A DNA stretch of 64,000 bases, from IMG/VR virus record IMGVR_UViG_3300031673_000001; one strand, 5' to 3'. Shown here piece after piece: positions 45,294-55,342 of this stretch (positions are counted from its first letter, which is position 1; every line of letters begins with the position of its first letter). The notes beneath the pieces were generated by a model. That model searched no databases. It was not told where the DNA came from and saw nothing but the letters and a program-made list of their open reading frames with translations. The position numbers were made by a program, and so were the translations under genes. Source of the stretch: a virus. Its lineage: Duplodnaviria; Caudoviricetes.

Positions 45294-45860
45294 TTATTGC
45301 CTCACATCAGTCTGAATTAAATCAGCTGCGCTCATCATATCAAGGATATGTACAAAGAGAGTTTCTGGATTATAATCTTTAAAGGAAAAGGGTTTATTTT
45401 TTAAAACATTTGTACTCCATCTCCCACTATGAAATCTCATACATTCTTCCATAATTGCAAACTGTTCCTCAGTTAATATTTCTAAAAATGTTTGTTTATT
45501 ATTACTAACTAAATCAGCAGCTTCTTTATCATGACTTATATCTGTATGTTTTCGATCGCCCATCTTTCCATATTTTAAAATATCATGTAAAGATATTGCA
45601 AATAACAACTTATCGCAATCAGATGTTTTCAATTTAATTTCAAATAATCTTAAAATCTTAACTGCTGTATAAAGCATCTCATAAACATGTTCTGCATTTG
45701 TGGGAACTTCACCATTCAATTTTTTATGATACTTGTTCGTTGATGAAGTTGGTCTACTCCAAGTATCTGGAATCATAGAATTGATTCCTTGCCATAACTT
45801 AAATGATCTTTCTGTCATATTATTACTTAACAATTCAATAATTTTCTCTGGATACTCCAT
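45294..45860 (-). CDS. HD-domain phosphohydrolase
   Basis: SSTNKYH, EHV, LHDILKYG, H, FHSG.W, HILD: H..HD..H..H..D ligand set. Confidence 0.82.
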   Translation of the reverse strand: MEYPEKIIELLSNNMTERSFKLWQGINSMIPDTWSRPTSSTNKYHKKLNGEVPTNAEHVYEMLYTAVKILRLFEIKLKTSDCDKLLFAISLHDILKYGKMGDRKHTDISHDKEAADLVSNNKQTFLEILTEEQFAIMEECMRFHSGRWSTNVLKNKPFSFKDYNPETLFVHILDMMSAADLIQTDVRQ

Positions 45861-45875
45861 TAATATTTCCTTTCA

Positions 45876-46460
45876 TCATCCTGTTTTTATAGTAGCTCCT
45901 CCTCCAGCACTAACTTCAACTCCACCACCACTTCCTTTCATATCTTGTATTCTTGCTTGAAGTTGTCTTAATTCAGCTGAATATTTATCAATTTGAGCGC
46001 TACCTTTAGCTTTACACTTATCAGGATTTTTGGATTTAGAACAATTTGCTAATTCTCTCTTAAATAGACTTAACAATTTTTCTGCTTTTGTCATTTTAAC
46101 TCTTATAAAACACAAATCCCTTGGTTTTCCAATAGATAAAACTCCACATTTTCTAGAAGATTTAGAAAAGACAGCTCTAATTAGTCTATATGCAACCCAA
46201 CCTACTGGACTTAATATAAACATACCAAGAATTGTTTTTCCCCATCCTTCACTAAGTTCATGTGCTTCAAATCTATCTACAACTATTTGTTCAGAATATC
46301 CTTCAAAATGTTGAACTCTGCCATCTAAAAGAAATCCCATAACATCAACTTTGGATGCTTCATTTTGAATCCATTCTAATAGCTGTCCTTTGGATTGCTT
46401 ATCTAATTTACATTCAACAATGACAGCACCTGCAAGTATTTTTAAATCAACTGTATTCAT
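45876..46460 (-). CDS. Hypothetical protein, possible head-internal protein
   Basis: Start at ATG 46460 after GGAGG; xxE motifs (QNEA, LSEG) like T4-type maturation sites; hydrophobic central segment. Confidence 0.55.
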   Translation of the reverse strand: MNTVDLKILAGAVIVECKLDKQSKGQLLEWIQNEASKVDVMGFLLDGRVQHFEGYSEQIVVDRFEAHELSEGWGKTILGMFILSPVGWVAYRLIRAVFSKSSRKCGVLSIGKPRDLCFIRVKMTKAEKLLSLFKRELANCSKSKNPDKCKAKGSAQIDKYSAELRQLQARIQDMKGSGGGVEVSAGGGATIKTG

Positions 46461-46484
46461 GTCTAATATCCTCCACAAAACATT

Positions 46485-46880
46485 TTATAATTTTTTAGCT
46501 TCTTTTAATTTATAAACTTCAACTTCAACTCTTGTATCTATTAGAGCATCAACATCATTTATAACTTTCTTTAAAAAAACTTCTGTTGATAATGGCAACT
46601 GGCATTTAATATCAGCAACTACAGATCTCTTTATCTCTCTTGCTTCATCTTCAGTAATTTTACCATCTGCTCCATATTTTTTCATTACTTGTTCAGCTTT
46701 GATGACCGTACCCTTTATTATCTTATCAAGTTGATCAAATGCAGCATCAATTTCTCTATTATCAGTTTTGTTTTTAACAAATCTTCTTAACTCATTTAAT
46801 CCCCACGTTATTAATATTCCAATCGCTGTAATTAGAGCTGGTGCAATTATTGACGTAATTTCATTTATTACATTTTCCAT
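46485..46880 (-). CDS. Putative holin (LL-H-like)
   Basis: Single N-terminal TM segment, then V.KAEQ....K.....I...VE.EV.KLK soluble domain. Confidence 0.55.
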   Translation of the reverse strand: MENVINEITSIIAPALITAIGILITWGLNELRRFVKNKTDNREIDAAFDQLDKIIKGTVIKAEQVMKKYGADGKITEDEAREIKRSVVADIKCQLPLSTEVFLKKVINDVDALIDTRVEVEVYKLKEAKKL

Positions 46881-46883
46881 TTT

Positions 46884-47198
46884 TCATTTCCCCACTAGAG
46901 GCACTGATGCATCTAAATTAGCATCTGTTTGTATATGTTTTGGCACTTCCGCTTGAATATAAATAGTTAAATTTCCAGAACCAGGTGGAATATTAGTAAC
47001 TTGCTTTTCTATATCAGTTATCGATCTCTTAATAAGTTCAACATCCTTATCTGTAATTTTTTCTGCATATCTATTATTACCAACATAATAGTTGAAATAA
47101 ACCTCATAGTGTCTAAATGTACAAGAAGAAATTAAAAAATAAAATATGATTGAATATATACAAAATATAATAATTGATAATCTCATTAGTCTTTCCAT
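46884..47198 (-). CDS. Putative membrane/lipoprotein
   Basis: Basic N-terminus, hydrophobic stretch ending ISSC (lipobox-like). Confidence 0.45.
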   Translation of the reverse strand: MERLMRLSIIIFCIYSIIFYFLISSCTFRHYEVYFNYYVGNNRYAEKITDKDVELIKRSITDIEKQVTNIPPGSGNLTIYIQAEVPKHIQTDANLDASVPLVGK

Positions 47199-47758
47199 GA
47201 GTAAATTTGAATTCTTGGTTTATAAATGTTAAGCGAGTCAAATTCACCCGGTCTCAAAGCTGTTTCTTGTTTCTCTAATACCCCAGCTTCCTCTAATACC
47301 CATTGAACAAACTCAGAACAAAAGCTATATTTTGATACATCAACATTTACTTTTTTATACATATTTTTAATCAATGATATATAATCATATCTTATTTCTT
47401 CTGTTCGCCCCTCTGCTAAAAGACAAATACTTGCAATCTTATCTCGGTACTCATCAAATTCTTTTTTTAATGAGTGCCAATATACACTTCCCTTATAATT
47501 TTTTAATCTGTCTGATAATAAGTTTATTTCGATACCTCGAGATAATGCTTCCATTACAAATCTTCTATCTTTAATATCTTCAAACTCTTGAACACACCAC
47601 ACAATGCCAGTGTGATTAACATCCTTTTTTGTTATCCCTCTTATCATACTTCCAATTCTTGAATAAGTAGTAAATTCTACAAGATCTCCATTACCCATTA
47701 AACCACGATAAATATAATATTGACTAAGATTTTCAGCATCCCAATTTAATCCACCCAT
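47186..47758 (-). CDS. Permuted papain-like NlpC/P60 enzyme (YiiX/YebB-like)
   Basis: GDLVEF ... NHTGIV (His before Cys), YDY, FCSEFV catalytic Cys, LRPGEF. Confidence 0.82.
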   Translation of the reverse strand: MGGLNWDAENLSQYYIYRGLMGNGDLVEFTTYSRIGSMIRGITKKDVNHTGIVWCVQEFEDIKDRRFVMEALSRGIEINLLSDRLKNYKGSVYWHSLKKEFDEYRDKIASICLLAEGRTEEIRYDYISLIKNMYKKVNVDVSKYSFCSEFVQWVLEEAGVLEKQETALRPGEFDSLNIYKPRIQIYSWKD

Positions 47759-48270
47759 ATACTCAACCCCCTAACCTCGGATACAAGGTCATCTATACTT
47801 GATACTACAAGTATAATATCATCATCTGGAATGAACTTGTCTTGCGGAAGTTGTAAAAACATATCACCAAAAAGAAAAACTTGAGATCCTACCATTTTAT
47901 TTATCTTAGTGAATTGAGCTAAAACAATAGTTTTAAGATCCCCATATGTTATGCCATTTTTAACACGATCTTTAGTATATTGTGCCCACGCCTCAAATTC
48001 TTGAAATGTATATCCTTCTAATATCAAACCTTCTTTGGATACCACTTCCATACCTCTATGAATAATACAAGGGTCAAACTTATAATCTTCTTGTAGACTA
48101 CAAATGTAACTCGTCCTACCAAACATTTTAACATCAGCACAAAACTCAACTAATGAAAGTTGAGCTCCATCAGGTTTGTCAACAATGCATGGTGTTACTC
48201 CTACTTTTTGGTTTCCCATGCAAGATACTAATAATACGCTTAAATACAATACTATAAATAATTTTTTCAT
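47746..48270 (-). CDS. Putative lipoprotein
   Basis: MKKLFIVLYLSVLLVSC signal peptide II; start placed at ATG 48270 after GAGG. Confidence 0.7.
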   Translation of the reverse strand: MKKLFIVLYLSVLLVSCMGNQKVGVTPCIVDKPDGAQLSLVEFCADVKMFGRTSYICSLQEDYKFDPCIIHRGMEVVSKEGLILEGYTFQEFEAWAQYTKDRVKNGITYGDLKTIVLAQFTKINKMVGSQVFLFGDMFLQLPQDKFIPDDDIILVVSSIDDLVSEVRGLSIWVD

Positions 48271-48286
48271 ATGAACTTCCTCACTT

Positions 48287-48961
48287 TTATTTTGGTATTT
48301 TTTTACCAAGTATTTTCACAACTTCTTTTAAAACTTTATATTGGTCTCCACTTGCTGCAGCATTCACAGCTTGTTCATATACAATCTCTTGAATCCGTTT
48401 ATTCCCAGTTCCTACCCTTGCCATATATTTATAGATAAAATCTTCATTAACATATTTTTTAAGATCTTCAACCGTATGCTTTTTGCTAACGCTTTTTGGT
48501 TTGGTCTTTACATTTGATGTTTTAACATTTCTATATTTATTCAGACGTTCCTCAACAATTTGTTCCTTTTTTGTCTTTGCCTTTTCACTTGATTCTGAAA
48601 TAGATTTAATTTTTACACCTGGTTTTCTTTCTCCACCTTCACCAGCTATTTTAGCTTCTATTGTAACAGGCATTTTTACTTCAATCTCACCCTTCCAAGG
48701 ACTAAAGTAATCTTGATCTTCTGTATATAAATCAAGTTGCGCTTCAAACACTGTTCCGTTTTTAATACTTTTCTTAACAAGATTTTTTAATGGAGCAATC
48801 ACTGCCTGTATTTGACTATCACCAACAACAACTGGAAATCCAAGTTGAACTTCTTCTGAAATAAAGAATCTAACAAAACCATTAATTTCTGAGGAATTCG
48901 CACCGGACAATTCAACTTCAAATGTCAAGATCTTTTCTTTACCTGGGTTTAAATATAACAT
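48287..48961 (-). CDS. Hypothetical protein
   Basis: Beta-rich N-domain, Lys-rich linker, helical C-domain. Confidence 0.65.
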   Translation of the reverse strand: MLYLNPGKEKILTFEVELSGANSSEINGFVRFFISEEVQLGFPVVVGDSQIQAVIAPLKNLVKKSIKNGTVFEAQLDLYTEDQDYFSPWKGEIEVKMPVTIEAKIAGEGGERKPGVKIKSISESSEKAKTKKEQIVEERLNKYRNVKTSNVKTKPKSVSKKHTVEDLKKYVNEDFIYKYMARVGTGNKRIQEIVYEQAVNAAASGDQYKVLKEVVKILGKKIPK

Positions 48962-48973
48962 TTTATTTTCCTC

Positions 48974-49186
48974 TTAAAAATCATTCATCGTAATTTGCTT
49001 AACTAAAACTTTTAAATCTTTATCTTTACTTTTAACATCTCTAAAATAAACCTTATCAACCTTAACCGCAAATCTTTGCTTCTCAGCTAATTGACCAACA
49101 GCTGGTGCTCCTCCACCGAATCCAGTTCCTCCTCCGCCACCGCAACAATCCCTAAACATTCCGCCAGTTGCAATGCTTACAGACAT
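48974..49186 (-). CDS. Small Gly-rich hypothetical protein
   Basis: 70-aa ORF with AGGAG SD. Confidence 0.6.
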   Translation of the reverse strand: MSVSIATGGMFRDCCGGGGGTGFGGGAPAVGQLAEKQRFAVKVDKVYFRDVKSKDKDLKVLVKQITMNDF

Positions 49187-49187
49187 T

Positions 49188-49709
49188 TTACACTCCTACA
49201 ATTTGTTGCCAGTAGTTGAATTTTCCACATTCGGTTCCATCTGCTGTAATTCTATATGTCTCAATTATATCATTTGATGTTCCAACAGATGCAGGATTTG
49301 AATATGTTCTCACTCTTGCTAAAATCATATTACCATACTCATCATAGGTTGGATCATCTATATACATATTATGATGCGAGAGACCGAGGGTCTTTGAAAC
49401 AGCATCATAAATTGTTGATAAATCTCCATTAAATACTTGAACATCATCCGATTTACCCCAAGGAAAATAAGTTGGATGCGTTGTATTGACATACCAGGTG
49501 CCCTCCGAATTTGGTGTAAATACATATTTATAATTTCCACTTCCTAGTTCTATTATTGTGCCTGACACAGATCCAGATACTTCACTACCTACTGGATTAT
49601 AAACATAGAGAGTAAATTGAGCTGGAGGAATACCAGGAATTAAATTGCCATTCTCATCTGCAACTGTAAAGTGTTCAGATACAGGTTGATTGAGAATTCC
49701 TTGTAGCAT
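49188..49709 (-). CDS. Probable virion protein with Ig-like beta domain
   Basis: ELGSGNYKY.FTP..EGTWYV beta-sandwich pattern. Confidence 0.55.
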   Translation of the reverse strand: MLQGILNQPVSEHFTVADENGNLIPGIPPAQFTLYVYNPVGSEVSGSVSGTIIELGSGNYKYVFTPNSEGTWYVNTTHPTYFPWGKSDDVQVFNGDLSTIYDAVSKTLGLSHHNMYIDDPTYDEYGNMILARVRTYSNPASVGTSNDIIETYRITADGTECGKFNYWQQIVGV

Positions 49710-49719
49710 ATTAAACTCC

Positions 49720-50223
49720 TTATAATGTAGCTGGAATTAAACCAGTATTACGCTTGATATCCTTAATATCCTGACCAGCGGTATCATCGTCGCTTTCATA
49801 ATCTGCCAAATCCTTAGACCAGACAGCTTGTTGAACTTCTTCAACAGTTCCAATTCCAGTAGATACTCTTTGAGATTGTGGAGAAACTTGTAGAGTAACT
49901 AAAACTGTCCATGGATCTATAGTTGTAACAAATGGAAAATCCACACCTCCTTCAACATATAAATTACCATTCACAGTTAGAGTATGATCAACTTCATCTG
50001 GTCTCATTCTCCAACCATTGGTTAAGAAAAAATATGCTGAAATATTTAAAGTCCCTGAAATAGGGTCACCTCCAGTCGTTCTAAATGCACTTAAATACTT
50101 TGCATTATCTGATTCTAAAACCCATTCCTTCCACCAAGAGTATACGTCAGCAACATCGAGTTCTGTTATTCCATTATTAACAATAATTAATCTTGCTGTA
50201 CCATCAAAGGTAACATCTGCCAT
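49720..50223 (-). CDS. Probable virion appendage protein
   Basis: TFD...RLI......V.DVYS.WKEW motif shared with the adjacent 453-aa protein. Confidence 0.55.
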   Translation of the reverse strand: MADVTFDGTARLIIVNNGITELDVADVYSWWKEWVLESDNAKYLSAFRTTGGDPISGTLNISAYFFLTNGWRMRPDEVDHTLTVNGNLYVEGGVDFPFVTTIDPWTVLVTLQVSPQSQRVSTGIGTVEEVQQAVWSKDLADYESDDDTAGQDIKDIKRNTGLIPATL

Positions 50224-50254
50224 TTGATTTCTCCTCTTGTTTTATTTTAGGCCA

Positions 50255-50278
50255 TTGAGGGGAACTTAATCCCCTCAA
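50255..50278. terminator. 9-bp hairpin between fibre-region genes
   Basis: TTGAGGGGA-acttaa-TCCCCTCAA; no clear U-tract. Confidence 0.45.
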
Positions 50279-50309
50279 TAATAGAGACCCTACAAATTCA
50301 CCTATTCGC

Positions 50310-51671
50310 TTATGTTGGATTACTGTAGTTTCTTTCCAGTGGTGCAACCACAGAAATATTATTAGTTTTACTTCTAACAAGAGTTGATGTTACCTTAACA
50401 AACTGTGCTGTCAATAATCCAATAGCAACAACTGTTACAGCAGCATCTGTTACAGGAGTTCTTGATCCCTGTGCATTATTATCATAGTCAAATGTAAAAT
50501 CAATAGATGCTTGTGCATTAACATCTCCCGTAATTTGAACAGCAGTAGCATCTTCAACTATAATAGCATTCTCTGTACCATAATTTCCAGCTGGTGTACT
50601 TGTGAAAAACATCCAATATTTAGCATCAGCATCATCCTGGATATTATCATTAAATGCAATTGAACCAGTGGCAATAAAAGCGTGAGCTCTATATGTTCCA
50701 AGAAATGAATCATCAGCAAAGAATAATGAGTTTGTATCGCCAACAATATAATTATCAATATAAACACCACCAAGAGATGTAAGTTTAGTATATAGATCAT
50801 CACCAATAAACTGTAGCATCTCATCTGCTGTTTGACCCCACCAGAAACCATCACCAGAGTCAATATCTGCTTGTTGTCTCAACAAATACTGGACTTTTTC
50901 ATATACATATTCTTTCGCCTTATTATTAGCATTAATGATGATACTAAAATCATAAGGAACACCATTAATAACTCTACTTTGTGGAGTTCCATAATACGTA
51001 ACCGTAATACCACCATATGTTGGAGCATCCCCTTCAATTTGTGCATCTGTATGTGTTACCTTAATATCTGTTCCATTTGATAGAGGCATAGCATATTTTC
51101 TATATGTCAGAACTGATAAATTCTGTTCTGTCAATAGATTATAGCTGTTATAAGTTTTTTGTTCTTCTCTTAGGAAAATCTTAAAGTAACTTCTATAATT
51201 AAAGTTACCATTATCAGCATCTCCATAAATTTGAACAGCTTGGTTTACTTCACCGGTTAAATTAAAATAAGCAACATTTGTTTGATCAGCTGCCTGAATG
51301 TAGTATGCCAAGTCAACACCAGAATCATCAAACGCACCAAGTGTTGTAACATTCATCCACTCCTGTTCAGAAGCAGCTCCTTGGACAGACCAACCACCAT
51401 CTCGAATCAACAATCTTGAAGCTGAATCAAGAAGATCCCAACTATCAACAAAGTCCATCTGTTCGTCAGTAATTGGTACCATTGGGAATGGAAACTTAAT
51501 TAAGTTTGCATCTGTTCTCCATTCCTCCTTTAAAAATGAATAAAAAGTTTGTAACGCAACACCATCAGTAGATAAATTACCTGCTACAACTAAAGCAATA
51601 GTTCGCGCAGTTGTATCAATAAAAACCTCAGTTTCTTGATTTAGATCATCTGGATCAACTATCTTTGCCAT
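50310..51671 (-). CDS. Probable virion appendage protein (acidic, beta-rich)
   Basis: IDT.ARTI...GV.LQTFYSFLKEEW..FPFPM; Asp/Thr/Tyr-rich. Confidence 0.6.
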   Translation of the reverse strand: MAKIVDPDDLNQETEVFIDTTARTIALVVAGNLSTDGVALQTFYSFLKEEWRTDANLIKFPFPMVPITDEQMDFVDSWDLLDSASRLLIRDGGWSVQGAASEQEWMNVTTLGAFDDSGVDLAYYIQAADQTNVAYFNLTGEVNQAVQIYGDADNGNFNYRSYFKIFLREEQKTYNSYNLLTEQNLSVLTYRKYAMPLSNGTDIKVTHTDAQIEGDAPTYGGITVTYYGTPQSRVINGVPYDFSIIINANNKAKEYVYEKVQYLLRQQADIDSGDGFWWGQTADEMLQFIGDDLYTKLTSLGGVYIDNYIVGDTNSLFFADDSFLGTYRAHAFIATGSIAFNDNIQDDADAKYWMFFTSTPAGNYGTENAIIVEDATAVQITGDVNAQASIDFTFDYDNNAQGSRTPVTDAAVTVVAIGLLTAQFVKVTSTLVRSKTNNISVVAPLERNYSNPT

Positions 51672-51752
51672 TTTTATTTCCTCCTAATATAGATACTAAT
51701 AACATATTTATATTTTATGTCTTTGTAAATAATCTTTATAATATGTTCTTTC

Positions 51753-53975
51753 TTATGTAGTATAATTTATTTCTAAATATGGTCTTAAACTTGTATCTAC
51801 TGTATATTCCCTACTATGTATTAAAACCACTTCACCTGAACCACCACCACCATGTATAAGTAACCATCCATAATGGACGGATATTACCTCATCAAAATAA
51901 TCTTGAAGACTATCAGAAACATCTAATGAAATCCAACCAGTCTGTCCATTAGTTATAGATGTAGTTGGTGCATCTGCTGTTCCTCTATCATTAGCTCCAC
52001 CTGCTCCAGCACTTTGCCAGCTATTTCCAGTAGAGTAAACATTCCAAGTTGCTTCGGATTCGACCCAGTTTCTCTTTAATGGATAAGCAGTAAGACTTCT
52101 AGTAATTAAATATGTATTGCTATAGATATAAAGATATAGATTTGCTGAATTTATTGTAGCTCCAAATGGAATGGTTGTTATATTTGGTCTAAATAAAATT
52201 TCTTGAATACCACTTATATCTGATGCTAATTTTAAATCAACACTGTTTCCATATGGTGTTGCTGGATTTTGATTATCAATATATGTATCCACAACTCCTG
52301 TAAAATCATCATTAGGTCTACCGCCCCAAGTTCTAGTTTTTGTTGTTATTTCATTTGAATACCATCTATCTACAGCTAAAACCAAAGTGGTACTTTGATT
52401 ACCACTAGGTCTTAACAAGGTCTGTCTAAAGTATAAATAGTCTGGAACATCGAGAACAACTACATCAACAGCATTTCCTGCTAAAGATTGATCAAAATTA
52501 TAAACCTCTGTTCCAGTCGCTGAAGATTCAACTCCATAAACTTGAGTTTGTGTTCCAGAATTATAAACTCTAAACTCTGCACCAGTCACTGTTTCATTTG
52601 CTTGATTCTTTATTACAAACGTCCAAATAATGGAAGCAACAACAGAGGTTGTAGATCCTGTTTCATTTTTAATTGTTGGTATTTCACCTCCAGAAACATT
52701 TATAGTAACATGACCACCTGAATTATTATAAATACATTCGTTTCCAGACGAACCATCACTTTCAGCATAATTTGTATAATTACAATTCAATAAGGTAAAG
52801 CTGCCACCTGCATGATTAGAATCTAATTCCATTGCATGGTTTGAACCATCGCTAATAAAATCACAATTAGTTATAAGATTTAAATTTTCAACCAATAATG
52901 AAACTGCAGCATCACTATTAGTAAATAAGCATCCGTCAAATTCAGCTCCACCCTGTGTAACCTGATTACATCGTCTAAAGATACAACTAATAATTTCAAC
53001 TGGATGAAAATCCGCAGTTGAATCAAATATAAATGTATCCATATCTATAAACGTACATGAATCCATATAAACAGTAGCAGGCGATGACATTAAAAATCGT
53101 CCACGTGATGCTGTACTTGTATCTAATACCTGAAATGTAAAACCAACCATTGAAACATATGAGTCTATATTAATAATTTCAATTAGGTTAAAATTTGCTG
53201 TAACTTTTGGAGTCCATTGAATAAATATAGCTTTATTTGTATCTACAAAATAAACAGGATTTGATACTGATCCAAGCTGCATACGTCCTTTCCAAAGATA
53301 ACCACCAGGAGTTGCCTGTATCAAACCCCATCTGTTATTTTGATCATCATTTTGTGTGGCAAATCCAGCAATTGTTGCATATCCACCCCCAACATCATCA
53401 CCAAGTTCAAATATCGCAGAACCACGACCATATCTCATTACATCTACCTGGTGGGGTTCGCCCTTACCAGGACCAGTTAGTACATATACAGCACTGCCAA
53501 CATAATTTATTGTACCTGTGGTTGTACCTGCCCAATTGTCTCTTGTTATCGTTGGATTTACTACATGATTTACAAATCCACCATAAGGATAACTATCTCT
53601 ATCCTGTCCACCTGTGTACCAAACATTAAAATCACTCAAACCAGATCCGAGAACAATTCTAAATCCACCTTGAGCGTAAGTTCCAAAAGCAAATGGTGAA
53701 GAATAGTTATGCCATACAAATACTGCTCCATCAGTAGGAACTGTTATACCACCTGAATTATAAGCTAAAGAACCAATACCAGTATTTTTAGTTGTGTCCT
53801 GTGTAACAGCATAACTTCCTTGAATATATGGATATTCACCATCTTGATAAGCGGGGGCACCTTGAACATTATATACTTCACTATCCTGATCTGTTCCGGT
53901 TAATTCGACCCAACCTGACGCTTCATCCCCGGTTGCTATATCACTTAAATCTTCTGTGTAGCTTGGTGCCGCCAT
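51753..53975 (-). CDS. Tail fibre/spike-like protein with beta-helix and C-terminal DNRLRE (CBM96-like) domain
   Basis: DTYI....P...YG, IPFGATI.SA.L.LY, W.ESEATWN, SRE......RPYLEINY; central beta-helix-like repeats (CTFIDM, CIFRRC, CLFTNS, CDFISD). Confidence 0.72.
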   Translation of the reverse strand: MAAPSYTEDLSDIATGDEASGWVELTGTDQDSEVYNVQGAPAYQDGEYPYIQGSYAVTQDTTKNTGIGSLAYNSGGITVPTDGAVFVWHNYSSPFAFGTYAQGGFRIVLGSGLSDFNVWYTGGQDRDSYPYGGFVNHVVNPTITRDNWAGTTTGTINYVGSAVYVLTGPGKGEPHQVDVMRYGRGSAIFELGDDVGGGYATIAGFATQNDDQNNRWGLIQATPGGYLWKGRMQLGSVSNPVYFVDTNKAIFIQWTPKVTANFNLIEIINIDSYVSMVGFTFQVLDTSTASRGRFLMSSPATVYMDSCTFIDMDTFIFDSTADFHPVEIISCIFRRCNQVTQGGAEFDGCLFTNSDAAVSLLVENLNLITNCDFISDGSNHAMELDSNHAGGSFTLLNCNYTNYAESDGSSGNECIYNNSGGHVTINVSGGEIPTIKNETGSTTSVVASIIWTFVIKNQANETVTGAEFRVYNSGTQTQVYGVESSATGTEVYNFDQSLAGNAVDVVVLDVPDYLYFRQTLLRPSGNQSTTLVLAVDRWYSNEITTKTRTWGGRPNDDFTGVVDTYIDNQNPATPYGNSVDLKLASDISGIQEILFRPNITTIPFGATINSANLYLYIYSNTYLITRSLTAYPLKRNWVESEATWNVYSTGNSWQSAGAGGANDRGTADAPTTSITNGQTGWISLDVSDSLQDYFDEVISVHYGWLLIHGGGGSGEVVLIHSREYTVDTSLRPYLEINYTT

Positions 53976-54387
53976 TAATTTGCTCCCTTACAAAGTCTCT
54001 ATTATGTCCTGCTGCCAAAAAGAAGGTTTTTGACTTTTTATTATAGTCAACAATTAAGATAGATATTCCTTCCCTCCTGAAAAAGTTTATTTGGTTTAAC
54101 ACTAATAAAGATAATTCTTTTTCTGTAACTCCTACAATTACATTATCAGAATATTTTTCAAATAAGACATGACATTTATCTGGTCTCAATTCTTTACTAA
54201 CAATTAACATTTGACTTATCATCTGCTTCCAAGCACATTCATATATACGACAAGATTCTGGTCTTTCTTCATAAATTTCACAACCAACTTCTTCTTTACA
54301 ATATTGACAATATTCATTAACTTTGCTGTTCACTTCTGGTATCACTGGAAATTTACAACAAAGGGTGCAACCATCACATTCTATCAT
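53941..54387 (-). CDS. YkgJ/UPF0153 family CxxCxxCC cysteine-cluster protein
   Basis: CDGCTLCC, C.YC...GC.IYE.RP..CR.YEC.W. Confidence 0.82.
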   Translation of the reverse strand: MIECDGCTLCCKFPVIPEVNSKVNEYCQYCKEEVGCEIYEERPESCRIYECAWKQMISQMLIVSKELRPDKCHVLFEKYSDNVIVGVTEKELSLLVLNQINFFRREGISILIVDYNKKSKTFFLAAGHNRDFVREQINGGTKLHRRFK

Positions 54388-54659
54388 TTGATTCCAACTT
54401 TATGAACTACCTTCATAGTATCACTATATTCAAATTCATCTTCGTGAGAATCTGTTCCAGTTTCTTTTCCTACTTCAATAGTAACTGTAATAGAACGACC
54501 ACCTTTTGGATAATAATATTCTATAAAATCATCTAAAAGTTTATCTATTTTAACACGCATCATTTCATAGATAGTTTTATTTGGATCCATCTTATGAACT
54601 TTCTTCTCTGTTCTTTCATCTTTTTCTAATAGTTTGATTATAGGTTCATTATCATTCAT
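54384..54659 (-). CDS. Hypothetical protein
   Basis: 91-aa ORF with AGGAG SD, first gene after a promoter motif. Confidence 0.6.
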   Translation of the reverse strand: MNDNEPIIKLLEKDERTEKKVHKMDPNKTIYEMMRVKIDKLLDDFIEYYYPKGGRSITVTIEVGKETGTDSHEDEFEYSDTMKVVHKVGIK

Positions 54660-54680
54660 AATTAAACCATTCTCCTTTTC

Positions 54681-54692
54681 ATTTTGTTCTAA
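54681..54692 (-). promoter_or_regulatory. Putative late promoter motif TTAGAACAAAAT
   Basis: Intergenic, upstream of the fibre-region operon. Confidence 0.55.
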
Positions 54693-54715
54693 CTTTTAAT
54701 ACAGTTAAATACCAA

Positions 54716-55330
54716 TTATCTATATCTTACCCTTACAGATCCTAAATCAAATGTTGCTACCCCACTTGGCGTTGATAGAGATATTGTAGTTAATGACTGT
54801 GATGTAGTTTTCCTTCCCGAAAATGTACTCAACTTAGATATAATATTTGATATTCCATCTGCCATCCATAAATGTAAATTCGGATCCCACCTTGTTAATC
54901 TAAATCTACCAGATACTATATCAGCTGCATTCCAAGCGTTTACCCTAAATGTATAAAATCCATCTGTAACAGCAGATTCTCCATTTGGACCCCTAACAAC
55001 CCCAGTATATCCAGTCAATTCAACCCCACCCGCGTCTCCAAGTCTTATAACAGGAGGTTGACTACTTGTGTTAGTGCTTACTCCATTTAGCATTACTTCA
55101 ACCTCCATAGCATCGGATGGAATTGATGTAGTCACAGTTATTGAAGTTCCAGATGTTGTACTAACTATTGTAGTATAAGTCCAGACTTTTGTAGCACCAT
55201 CTAAAATTTTACCCTCTAGTTCTAAGATACTTATTTTAACAGATGCTGTATTATCTTGGGAACCTTCTAATAAATCACTATCATTTAAAGGAAGTGAAGG
55301 TAGATTTAATTGTGGTATTGTTTTGGCCAT
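54716..55330 (-). CDS. Tail fibre-associated protein
   Basis: MAKTI.QL...L...DLL....D....KI..EL fibre-type N-terminus; Thr/Ser-rich beta-sandwich C-domain. Confidence 0.58.
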   Translation of the reverse strand: MAKTIPQLNLPSLPLNDSDLLEGSQDNTASVKISILELEGKILDGATKVWTYTTIVSTTSGTSITVTTSIPSDAMEVEVMLNGVSTNTSSQPPVIRLGDAGGVELTGYTGVVRGPNGESAVTDGFYTFRVNAWNAADIVSGRFRLTRWDPNLHLWMADGISNIISKLSTFSGRKTTSQSLTTISLSTPSGVATFDLGSVRVRYR

Positions 55331-55342
55331 TTTAATATCCTC

